A stretch of 64,000 bases of DNA from Mizuhopecten yessoensis. Lineage: Eukaryota. The DNA lies in NCBI RefSeq assembly GCF_002113885.1, contig NW_018407065.1, positions 1,068,436 through 1,132,435 of the forward strand, given 5' to 3'. Position numbers and translations under genes: made by a program. Shown piece after piece: positions 13,755 through 26,500 of the stretch; position 1 is the stretch's first letter; each line of letters begins with the position of its first letter. The notes under the pieces are model-generated. The model was not told the origin of the DNA and did not search any database. It worked only from the letters and a program-made list of their open reading frames with translations.

Positions 13755-16284
13755 GTTGCCTGGGAAAAAAACAAGACGAAAAGAAGAATTTCATTTAAAT
13801 GCAACTTGAAACACATGTACTGGTATAATGCTGAAATAAAACAAGGTACATTTAGTTATTCTGCTGGATAAAATCATAACCTTAACTGTCTTTCAAGATC
13901 AATGGTAAATCGACTTCAGCAACTTCTAGAAATTTAGTGAGTAATGTTGAATATTGTTTCGAAGTGTGTTTTCAGGAATTATGGCATTATGGCCACAGCC
14001 CTATTTCATCCAAACTTGATGTTATTTTGAACTTTTCTATTAAAGACTAATCAGGATATTCATAAAGTAATCACTAATTGACCAAATAAAAATAATAAAC
14101 TGCATTGCTTCTTCATAGCTTGTAAAAGAGAAATTAAACTCTGCATGAACAGAGACGTATAACGCCACTCTGTAGCATATAAGTCTCTGGCTAACCTAGG
14201 TATTGTATGAACTTTAGATAAAAATGTCATTTTGTAGCATTCAGCAAGGCTACAAAAGAGATTGACATGTCAGCAAAGCTGCTGGACAACATTTTTTTTT
14301 ATGAAAATGACCTACAACCAGGATCGAGGTAACGGATTCTGCATACTTGAATTTATTCAATTATTATTACAGAGAATGTATATCAATTGTTAATGACAAT
14401 AATTTTGTCATTCAGAATATTCTGTTCACACACAATGTCCTTACATTTTGCACTATTTCCACTCAATAATTTTCCAACAGCACCCAAATGTACATTTTTA
14501 ACTGCACATTTAAATGTAAGCGATTTGGTAATATGTCATCTTCTGAGAGAGAGAAAAGGGATATTAACATGATTTACATCAAATAACATTTAACCTTTTT
14601 GTCATTTTTTTTTTACAAATATTTCGTTTGACAATGTATCTTTGGATAAAATATCAACTGTCTTCTTGATTAAAGTGGCAAGCGTAGCCCCTTCCCCGCT
14701 TTGGTTAATAGTTATTACTTCTATTACAATTGAAATAAATATGTCGTATTGATTGATTTAAACAATTTTTTTCTTTGCATCTAATATACAAAAGGGATTG
14801 GGCACAAGTTGTCCAACTTATGTAAAGCCTTTTCCCAATAACATAATAAAATATGTATACTACACCATCTTAAGAATATCCAATAGTGTTTAAAAAATAA
14901 ACTGTAGGTAATGTTTCTGACTTTGTATCTTTTTTGGTTTTTAAGTCATAGAATCAATCACAACTGATGAAAAGCAGGTGGTACTAGATATTTATCTGTA
15001 ATTGTAAACCTGTTTTGCCTATGCAATGGCTTCTTAAGGACAGAATATAGAATACTTCTACACCTGAAGTACTAAAAAGCTGGGTACATACATACACAGC
15101 TATGTACATTGCTTTATTGTTACATCAGTAAAATGAATATAAATTTTAAGAAGATTAGCTTTCATTGTAATATATATGATATAAATGTATGTTGAAACGT
15201 CATCAATAGATTTAGATAGATTACTTTGTACCGCCATACACCACAATGTTTTGAGAACAGTCGTTCAAATACCCCTTTGTTGGCTCCTGATAACACTGCC
15301 ACGCTCCATCAAAGAAATTTACCTATTTCGTTGATTTCACAGTTGACTCATCCCTGGGGGTCAGTCTTAGATGTTGCAATTACATATAGTATGTGTTTCT
15401 AATCAATTTATTAATTTTACATCTGAATACAATTTACCATATTACCTCTATCGGTTATTTATTCATTCACTCATATCATATGGCTTCTCAAAAAAAGGAA
15501 ACAGGTTGTGAAGATATTCAATTCATTTTACAATTAAACGTCGAACTGTGGATGATAAATTGGACCAACAAATCGAAATTGATTTGATGATGTCGATGGG
15601 ACATCGCCATTGTGCTCATCCTGCGAATACTGTATTGTTTTGCCACGTGACTGTGACGTACCGCATCTGGCTTTCACAGATAAAGGTGCGGATGCAGATT
15701 TCAGCGATCGCCGTGTTACAACAAGTCCAAGTGGACTTGATCTCGATCTCGATTTATGTTTGACTAATAAAATTGAGACAGTTTATTAAAATGATCAGAT
15801 GCTTGCAACCCACTCAGGTATTATTGGACAATGACATTCTTGATGTAAAAAAATCCCGACGAGGCAGACTCTTTACGATATCCGCCTGGGTTGTAAGGCA
15901 GAGAAACAGGATATTGAGACAGTTCTTTATTTAGTCGAACACTTACACTTGACTGCAAGTCTGACATACAGAAATGATGGCATTTGCAGTAAAGAAATGT
16001 GAATATTGACACCGCTATGCAGACATTACTTGACGATTATAAGTAATCTGTAAATACAGGTACGTAAAACTGACACTCTCGCCGCGGTACTCGTAAAGTG
16101 TATATCTTGCATGTGACTCACTGATCGTAATACCAGATCTAAATCAATATTTCTGTACTAATTATTCTTTCAAAAACGGTGGGTACATTAAAAAATGCAT
16201 ATATACATGTATATTTGAGTTTTCATTGGTAAGTGTTGAATATGTGCCCCAAAACAAACTAGTGTTCATCCACCTGTCATTTAA

Positions 16285-17973
16285 CAGGTTGGGCACAACA
16301 GCGCATATGGGTAATAATCCTGCATTTGGGTAACATCTTTGTATGTTATGGTATAGTCAATAGTACGTGAAAGTACGTTATACTATTAAGTAGAGAAGAA
16401 GATACATCTATACAAGCCCCGGCTTACCATTGATGTCAACTGAGCGAAACTGAGCGAAATAGTATCCTATATAAAAAATCAAAAATTTGTACTTCCAGGG
16501 TTCTCCCCAGGCCATTTAGCTGATACGGCTCCGTATCAGCTTCAGTTTGAAATCCTCCCTGCCGTATCAGCTTAATTGACCCGTATCACCTTAGACTGTG
16601 AACCGTATCACCTTGTTATTTGTACTGAAGGTGGTCTTTTTACGCAAGAAATTGACACTGATTAAATCACACGGCTGACCCAAGTCCAGCAATGACCCCA
16701 CTGGTCATGATCAGTTGCACGATAGGCGTATTGCCACAGGGGGGCTGTAATTAGTGGGGAGGGGGACCGGACGACAAGCCCACAGGTGTCCGGCAAGCGT
16801 GCTCACTGGAGCCTAAAGCAATTACCACCGGATCCTTTTAGCATGGTCAACAGGTGATTAATTGAGGTACCTACTGTTGGATTAACAAAACAAACACTTA
16901 TTACATCTATTATAAATTAATTTACTCACATATGATTGCATTTGACAACGCTGAAATAGCGTGTGTATTGAGTTAGTGATGGTCGCCATCTTGGATTGTG
17001 TAAAGTACAAACCGGAAAGGGAAATGAAAATCCGGATTTGTTGTTTTTAATGAAGAAGAGCTCAAATAAAAATGCTGTTTTAATCTTTGATCACATTTAC
17101 TGACAGCAGTATTTAATACAGTTTTGGAGGAAATAAAAACAATGTACATTTTATTTAAACATTTTCTCTTACAATAATAAGAACTATGATATAAACGTTT
17201 TCATGTGAGTGTTTCCCCCTATAGCACAAACAGCTTTTAAATATTTCTTCTTTAAATTATTTTTAATGGGGATTAAGTAAAGGATACAAATGTAAAGATA
17301 AGAGACAAATGTCACAAATGTCATATCTATTATTCAATGTACAAAACTCATACACCTTTCTATAAATTGTTTTTTTTTTTAGAATATTAAAAACAATAAT
17401 ATTGCTGGAAATTCAGACATAAAAAACACTTATTTATTTCCTTGGTTTTAATGTTCACCAAAAGAAGTTTGGTTAATAAAAGTAACCTTTTAAACATAAT
17501 ATTACCCCCCCTCCCCCCGCCTTAGGTTTGATAAGGTATAATAAGGTATTATATTAGCGTGTCCGTCTTGAATTTTCGTTGCAGATGAAACATATCAGCT
17601 TAAAAAAATTCTGGGGAGTACCCTGTTCACTATCTTAATTAAAAATCGCTATTTATATGGTTATTATAAACAAATTTTGGTTGAACGTTTTTTCGTGTTT
17701 TGACATTTTCGTGATTTTAGATGTCCACACATTTCTAAGGCTTCAAAGGTCATGAAATACTTTCAAAACCGAAAACTGTTCAACCAAAAGTTGTTTGTAA
17801 TAACCAATAGATATGGCGATTTTCAATAACGTAAGTGAAGTACGAAATTTTGATTTTTTTTTATATAGGATACGGGATAGTGAAAGTAGATTCGAAGTGC
17901 ATTCAACCATAACATACAAAGATGTTACCCAAATGCAGGATTATTACCCATATGCGCCGTTGTGCCCAACCTG
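16285..17973. mobile_element. Foldback/MITE-like element with long inverted arms, interrupted by a second transposon
   Basis: 16285-16352 (CAGGTTGGGCACAACAGCGCATATGGGTAATAATCC...) is the near-exact reverse complement of 17906-17973. Further pairing between 16463-16495 and 17837-17871, and between ~17645-17690 and ~17770-17820. Confidence 0.85.
16496..17625. mobile_element. Non-autonomous DNA transposon (~1.13 kb) with 15-bp TIRs and an apparent 3-bp TSD (TTC), nested in the foldback
   Basis: TIRs are CAGGGTTCTCCCCAG and CTGGGGAGTACCCTG (1 mismatch), with TTC on both flanks and subterminal CCGTATCAGCTT/CCGTATCACCTT repeats. No transposase ORF. Confidence 0.8.
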
Positions 17974-18461
17974 TTTAACAGGGAGAACTCGTTGTACCGC
18001 CAAAATGTCTTTGAACAGAAGGTGGCGGTATATCGGGGTTATACTGTATGTTCAATTGTCTCTTAGTAATGTGTGCAGTTCTAGGTTCGCCCTAGGTTAT
18101 TTCGCGGTAGGCTGTTTTTCCGTAAAACAAAAATATTAGGGCGAAACATTGTTTGGTATTTTCTTTCAATTTTAGTAGTTTTAAGTCACAAATTAAGTCT
18201 TCTTAGTATTTACAACTTATCATTAAAATCAATTTCATAAAAAATGTGTTTGTCTTATTTTTAAGCGAGAGCTGTGAAAATACTATTTTTCTAGTAACGT
18301 TAACGTTTCTCGCGAGTAGAAAAAGACTGAAAAAGGGGAACGGTCAACGGGTTGTGTCAATACTATTTCAGTCGTTGTTCCGGTATATCATATTGATGAA
18401 TAAAGTGCCTATTATGTTTCATCACAATAAAAGTTAAATTGTGAATCATGACATTACATAC

Positions 18462-18560
18462 CGGCAAAGACTTCTGGCAGGGTTCTGGCAACTTCTGTTT
18501 TACGTTGTACACAATTTTTCTATGTCATAAAAACGTTTGTAAATTCGAACTCACACTTTA
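18462..18560 (-). other. CIAPIN1: Probable non-coding first exon of CIAPIN1 (5' boundary uncertain)
   Basis: Donor-like CCG|GTATGT on the - strand at 18461/18460. The ATG exon has an acceptor (TTTCCCAG) only 5 nt upstream of the ATG, so an upstream UTR exon is likely. Confidence 0.5.
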
Positions 18561-18902
18561 ACAGATAAAACATTAACAAGACGCCGAGTTTAAACCGGAA
18601 CTGTTGAACTATTGACTGTGGAAAATATTTCTTTTCTTAATTTTCATTAAATAAAGCAAAATATCTCAGTAAATAACTTATTTTTAATAAATACAAAGTT
18701 TACAGGAAGAACAGGCGTATTTACAACTTAACCATTTCCATAAATTCGCCAATCAAAATTGTTCTAGATCCGTTCGCCTGTTACGGTGGTTTTGATTGGT
18801 CAAATTTTAAAGTGCGGCAAGATCAAATTCGGACTCTGAACACCCTGAAAGTCACTGTTATTTTTCATTTTTTTCGAATCTATGTGATAGCAATTGCATA
18901 AC
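18560..18902. promoter_or_regulatory. Probable bidirectional promoter for CIAPIN1 and TPX2, with two opposed CCAAT boxes and a CHR-like TTTAAA
   Basis: CCAAT at 18749-18753, ATTGG at 18795-18799 and TTTAAA at ~18806-18811, about 90 bp upstream of the TPX2 ATG. This is the usual layout of G2/M gene promoters. Confidence 0.55.
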
Positions 18903-21900
18903 ATGGGGAGCGTAGAAAGGGACAATGAGTGGGAATATGTCGCACCACAATTTGTAGATTTTACAACAAATCCACTGGAAGATGCAGATAATCCAGATGA
19001 CTGGTTCGGTAAGTGCGCGGCGGCACAAACGGAATATTTTTAGTTTTTCGCTGGACTTTCATGACTTTTCTCAAATGTTATCAACTAACCGCTGTTAAAA
19101 AACTAACTAAAGGAAAGGGAGGCTGATCTTTGTATTTTTCAAATCGACAGTAACTAAAATCGAGTCAGATTCGCTTCAGCAATATATTGAAGTGTACTGT
19201 ACCGAATCGAGTTAGCTCCAGCTAAAGACGGGAGGGTAAGAGGGTCATCCCTTCTTCTTTGGGTTATCAGTAGTTCTTCAATGATCTGAAGATTATTTAC
19301 TTTCTTTCGGACAAGTTTGTTGAATTTGGTTCTAGAATAATAATAATGTTTATTCAATGTTTGTACAATCAAACAAACATACACAATTTACAAACTAGAT
19401 TATATCACAGCAGTAGTCACAGTTATAATTAGTTAAATTACACTGTTGGAATTTTTACCTTGGATAATATAACAGTTTAAACATAACTTATTTCCAACGG
19501 GGTCCATAAAAGAGCATGTCAGTTTGGTTGAGACAGCCAGATATTTAATAAATCTATCAAAATATGCCGCTATGCTGGTACAACTATAAGGGTGGGTAGG
19601 TGTTTCAGTATGGACGTGCAAATATAGAAGCAATTTCGGTGTGACGAATCACCGAAACGGACCGAATCGGACCGAAACGGACCGAAACTAAACCGAAACG
19701 GAGTCGAAACTAAACCGAAACGGAGTCGAAATGGAAACCATAAGCTATTTTAAGGGAATTCAATACAGTTTAGATTGTGTGTGAACAAAACGGACCCCGA
19801 TCGGAACCGAAACGAAATTGTAAATGTGGTTTTTTTTGGTAAATTTGAGCTGTGTTTCTTTATTTGTCGTGTAGGCCTATATATTGTGTATATTATATAT
19901 GCCAAATACATACAATAATGCATGTATCTATGTTATATAAATACAAGCACATGACTAGATCTTCATACATTAGAAAGGCAATTATATCATAATGCAGTGA
20001 CGAGACATCGCATTTTTTTATACGTTACGTTAATTTCCCCCTTTTATTAATTTTTTCTCCGTTGGATTTCTTGGCTCATTTTGATATTATTTTCAATTTA
20101 TTAAACGCTTAAAATATTGATAAAGTTGTCCATTTAAATGAGCAATCCATACTTATCACAGCATAAAAAATACTTGTGGCGGTATAGACACACTGTTAAA
20201 TTTTGTGTAAATGGTTCTAAGATTTATAAATGGATAANGATGGCTCATTTAAATGGACAACTTTATCAATATTTTAAGCGTTAAATAAATTGAAAATATA
20301 ATCAAAATGAGCCAAGAACTTCAACGGAGAAAAAATAAATAAAAGAGGGAATTTAACGTAACGTTTCAAGACAAGTGATGTCTCGTCACTCCATTCAATA
20401 TAATTGCCTTTCTTATAATTGGGTATCTAGTCATGTGCTTGTATTTATATAACATAGATACATGCCATTATTGTATGTATTTGGCTTATATAATATACAC
20501 AATATATGCACGACAAATAAAGATTTACCAAAAAAAAACCATTAACACTTCCTTTGCGGTTCCGATCGGGGTCAGTTTTGTTCAAAAACAATCTAAACTG
20601 TATTGAAGTCCCTTTAAATAGCTTATGGTTTCCATTTCGACTCCGTTTCGGTTTAGTTTCGGTCCGTTTCGGTTCCGTTTCGGTTCCGTTTCGGTCCGTT
20701 TCGGTGATTCGTCGCACCCCTTAAATTGCCTTCATTTTAATGAAGATAGATCTGTCCAAGACTGGAACAACCTCCCACGAGACCTGTGACCCCAACTGTA
20801 ACTTTGGAAACCTTTAAAAGTGGTCTCCTCTCTACACAGTTAGCTCTGTACATGTTCTTGCATTCTTTTCCTGTACATTAGCACACTCCAAACATCAACA
20901 TGATTTTCAATATGATGAATTAGGTCGATTAACAAGTAAGAGTAGAAATTGGCAAGAGAAAATGAGATACAAAGGGAAGTTTTCAAAACGTCTCTATACC
21001 AAATCCACTGTGAACTGTATGAAACGGATGTACCCTTCATGTTCATTCCCATCCTTTCAGCTGTCAAACATTTTTCATGAGATAATATGGTTGTCAAACA
21101 GTTATCTCGCACACACAGATATATATATATATGAGCCATTGTGTTTGGACAATTGTTTTACCATTCCAATAAGTGTGATGTGCTCACAAAAGTGGCTGAA
21201 AACTGAAGCGAAGCATATTATAGTCCTCTTGTCTCCATATTTTTCAACCATTTTTAGTTCTCAGTTTCTCTTTTTACAGTGTTGATGGATCGTTATAAAA
21301 CAATAAAAAAAAACCTAACAAGCAAAAACTGCTTGCCTGGAATGAAAAACTCATCATATGAAGTAGGGTTTAAAAACTTAATCTTCCTGCATTATCCTAT
21401 AGGAACATGTGTTCTGACATGGTGAGAGTTACATAAGAATTATCAGTTGGGTATATATGATCAGGAAAATTGCACGGTGATAAAATTAAGGTCAGAGGTG
21501 GGCACTTAACATGGGGAGAGAGGAAATTTCACGATTTTTTCCCACCAAGAGTAAATTCAACATCTAGAAGAATCCCTTTTACTGTCAAGTGCAAGAGGTG
21601 CACATATTATATATATTATATCTGCCCCAAATGTCAACCTTTTCATAAATAGTATAGGTTTATAGATATTGGGTAACATCCCCTAGGAGTCCAACTATGG
21701 ACCTCTGGTGGCTAGTCTTAATGCTTTACCTTATGAGCTAAAGATCTAGGGAAAGTTTCTCTAACAGAGTTTGTAGGAAGCAGCTGGTATGTTACCAGGG
21801 TGACATACTCTCCCTCCAGGTGTCATAAGTGATTCTTGTGAAAGTATCATTAGGTATATATATTTGTCATGTTTTCTTGGGTTTAATTTAAATCCTCTGT

Positions 21901-23497
21901 ATATTTCTGCTGCAGATGCTCCCTCTATTGGCGGGATAGAGGAGGAATATTTGGAAGAAGATGAAGACTATAATGTCTGTAATGGCATTGATGTAATCGA
22001 AGATGCTGATCAAGTAATAGAAAAAGCTGCTACCCCTACAACAGAAACCAGAAGGCTGACCAGATCCTTTGCTTCTACACCTGTCAATGATAAAGGACTG
22101 CCTGATGCATCTGGTAATTTTAGCTTTGCTATATCATTTTTACCACGTGGAAAGAGACTCTGAATTTTAAGAATATGTCGTTATTTAAATTGCAGAATGA
22201 CATTTTCCTGATGTTGCTATGTTTCTGGCATGAGGAGGCCAAATAAAAAAAAATCTTGTATTTCCGCTAACCTAGATTTTTGTGCCTAACCTGAAGTTTT
22301 TACTTGCATTAAAGTCAGAACTCCTGCTCTATATAAACATAGTAAAAATATTTTCCAAAAGAAAGAAAATTGCCTGCCTACCTACCTACCATATTTTTTC
22401 TGAGGATGATGGCTGAAACACAAGTAATTTCTTTTTGTCCTGATGACTGCCCATTTTATGCAGTAAATTTTTATTGTACAGTATTTGTAACTTGTAACTT
22501 TTGAATTCATTACATGCATGGTTATCCAGGGATCAGTAGGTATGCCTGTGCGAACACTGCATTTCAATATTACTCTTTCAGATGCTAAGAAGACACCAGC
22601 AAGACAAAGTACACCTGCTAGGTCCACACCAAGAAGAACACCAGCCAGTAGTAAAGTAGCTACGAGCCCTGAACTTTCTGCCAGTGACGGTACTGAAACA
22701 AAAGGTATAAAATACAGATGAAGTCAGCTTTACATGATTTGTACATTTAGGACATATTCTGGTTGAAGATCACTACGTACTACATGTATTATTATTAATT
22801 GACATCAACATTTCCCCCGTAACTGCTTTTTAGGTGTCATCACTATCACTCACTCCACACATATATTATATTTTCGATTTATTTTCTGTGTGAAATAATA
22901 ACATGCGGCTCGAGTCTAGAACTGAAATGAACTTTTGAATGTCTGATAGCCAAATTTTCAAATGGAGAAATAGTATTCAGACTTCAGTATGGCAAAACCT
23001 CACCTGCACCATTTCTCCTCAAAAATGAACAAATGTACCATTTTCAGTTACAAAATAAAAATACAGAAGCTCTGTTTGATAATGAAGTGTATTTTACATG
23101 ACTTACAATCTATATGACGTGCAAATTCTTGCATCCTTGCAGCGCCTTCAAATCTGAAATACTGATATCAATTTTTAGCTTACCTGGTCCAAAGGATCTG
23201 TGAGCTTTTGCCATGGCACAGCGTCCTCCGCCTGTCATCCAACTTTTCCTTTAAAACGCTACTTTTCCTGAATGGCTCAGTGGACTATGACTAAATTTGG
23301 TCCAGAGCATCCTTGAGCAATTATGTATAAACAGAGTGTTTGGCCCCCCTGGGGGCAGAATGGTGGGTCCCAATAGGGGAAATGTGGTTAAATCTTTAAA
23401 ATCATTTTCCTTCAGTACAACTGGGTGGAATTTTCAACACAAGTTTGTGGAGAGAAATCTTGGGCAAAAGGAACTCGATTTGTATGAAGATAGAGTA

Positions 23498-23530
<33 letters not shown>

Positions 23531-26500
23531 NTGTACTAGCTTTGCTTTAATTCTATTCAAAACGTCGTATGTTTTAGTGTCATACAAGGCATTCTGACAG
23601 TAACATTAATTCTGTATTTCATAAATCAGATGGACCTGTAGTTACCACAAATATATGCACTGATCTGGCCCAGTGGAGGACAAAAAGCAAGAAGGAACCA
23701 CCAAAGACTGCAAAGAACAACACCAAATCTCAACCAGCCAGAGTTAAGAAACCGCCAACTAAAGGGTAGGCAAATGCTTTATCAGTACATTAAACAATTT
23801 GGCTTCCAGCTCTTAATTCTTAAACAGAAACGCATTTGTATACGCCTGTCGAAAGACATTATGCGAGCAAGTGGCCATGGGTGGGCTTCATAGGAAGGTT
23901 GATAACCATTATCTGACTGTAATTTACCGGGTTTTGCCCCCAACATCAGTGGAGTGGGTGTAACCACAATTGTCTTACCATAATTAATACACTCATCCCC
24001 TTGGTTTCATTAATGCAATACCACATGCATTCAATGATGTTTTATTTTACTCATTGATCTATCGGGTATGTTGAATTATTTCTCCTTTAACATCAGTTAC
24101 AAACACTAGATATTTCAGCAATACAAACAACTGCTCATTCATCGTGTGACAGGCGTAGTATGTACCACTTTGTGGTTACCTTGTAAACATAGATTTGACA
24201 GCTATTTGTCAAAATTAAAGAAATGTTTTGTGGTACAAAAGACTTAACTCAAGTGTGTGTGTCGTACATATTATCAGCTTTGTTGTTCACTATTTTTTGT
24301 TACAACTTTTGCAGTTTTTATTCTAGTCATACATACATTTATATATAGGACAGGACTAAATAGACCTAGTCTGATGATTGACCCCTCAAATTGTTTAAAA
24401 TGGAAAGCAAATATTAAGTCACAGTAATAAACTACCAAAGTCCACCTTCTATTAAAATAAGGTTGTTTCATGCAAATGGTTTGAGTCTTACAAATAGTTG
24501 AAAGTAACTGCTAATTCGCCGAATTGTCTTGTTGTTTTTGTTTTTCTCCAATATCTGTATTATTGTCTGAAGACATACTATTTTATACCTTCTTGATAGA
24601 TAAACTTGACATACATATGTGTACTTTTGGTTGTTGCAGGATTGCTCCTTCATATTTAGCTAGTATTGCTAATTTATAAATGTTTAACTAGTACTTCAGA
24701 CAGTTCCACAAGTTTCTTTACATTTCAGACCTGACAGTGAAAAGTCTGTCCAAAACCCAGAGCAGAGGGGGAGATCAACTACACTGAAGCGATCAAGTTC
24801 TTTTAGGCGATCCGCAGAGACCACTAATCTCTCCAGTTCACTGGATGGAAAGTCACACACCAGTTTGAAAAGAACAAATTCCATGACGAGATCTACCAGT
24901 CAAAAACTTAATAATGTGTCAAGTTCATCTTCAGACACTGGTAAAAACATGAAACGTAATCATTCACGCGGGCTGTCAGCAGGGCGCGCCACCTCCTCAG
25001 ACAGACAAACACGCCCGAGGTTGAACTCAAATAGCTCTGATACAAAGGAGGACAGTTCAGCTCCAGCTTCCAAGATGCCAAAGCTTACCATCCCCAACAC
25101 ACCAACCTTCATGAAGTAAGTGCAGATCTAATAAAAACACAATATGCCATTTTGTAATTTTAAGAACCCATTTTTAGCGTTTTTGTTAATGCTTTCTAGA
25201 AACAGGGGGAGACAATAAGGATAGCCTGCTAGTCTGAGACAAGTGAAATATCCAGGTTGGACTAGTGTTTCTAAAAACTGCTAGCCTGATTGACTAGTCA
25301 AAATTTGATATTACTTACAACCCTCCCCCCCAAAAACCCCCCATCCCAGGGTCATTTCTGAACGTAATGAATAATATTACACAAAAATTGTCATAAAGGG
25401 TTTGAAGAACTGACACTTACATCTTTTTCATGATTAGTAAAAGTGTTGTTAGCTGGACAGTGTTTATACTGAAAATGAGATTGACATTGTAACTGAACTA
25501 ATCATAAGTGAAAGTGAAACATGGGTCAGTACAGGATATAAAGCAAAGATACATGTACAGTTGATAATATAGGTTGTGACAATGACCCAGTTAAATGTGA
25601 TCAAGAACCCAGTGCATTCCTCTCAATCCAGGGTTACCTTCAGATATGTTGGAGAACATTCCCGTTACCCAAGCTGACTTGATTATTTAAACACTTGCAT
25701 GTTGAACATTCAGTGACTAAGTCAGTGGTCCTTGGCTAACAGCATGTACTTATATAGAATTTGGGCTTATGCATTGTACAACAGTGTTCCATGAGTAAAA
25801 ACTGTCAAAACAACAACACCTTTTCCCATTTAACATAGACAAATTTATGACTTTCCAAAGTTAAGGACAGGGTAGACTATACAAAGGTCGGGTAAGAGAA
25901 TAACTTTGTTTCAGGGTTCCAAGGTCAAGGCCAAAGTCACCATAACTATTCCGGAAAATCATTGACCAATTCAGTGTCATCCATCTAGGATATTGTGTTT
26001 TGGGGGATTCATCAAACTTAATACAAAGGTCAATAGGGAAAAACTTCAGATCAATCTATGTTTGTGTTTTAAGGATGTACACCTCTGAGAAGTCAAAAAT
26101 TTCCTGTATTAAACTTTTTTTCTTATATGGATTTTTGGAAAAAGGAGTTAATGGCATAGTAGAAAATGCAAAAAAAACTGTGTCGGTGTGTTCGTTTTTG
26201 TGCTATGATCGGTCAAAGATACCAATTTAACAAAACCCATGATTTTAGGTGAATTTTTGGGTTTGACCATTTGCAGAACAAATTCATATAATTTCTTCCA
26301 AGTGTGTTATCAGATATGTATGAATGTTTGTTGAATTGATGAAAATATTGTTTTCTTTTAAATTGTGGAAGGAAAATTTCCTAATCTTATTCTTTTAACT
26401 CAGAAAGCCGATTTTAGTTACCCCTACCCCCTATTTTTTAATGAAAAAATACTCATCAAGATTAAACCCTTGATATAAAAAGTTCTGGTAATAAACTTTT

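Noticed and set aside
23502-23531. Poly-C / poly-Pro tract
   Set aside because: A homopolymer next to an N gap, so its length is unreliable; intronic.
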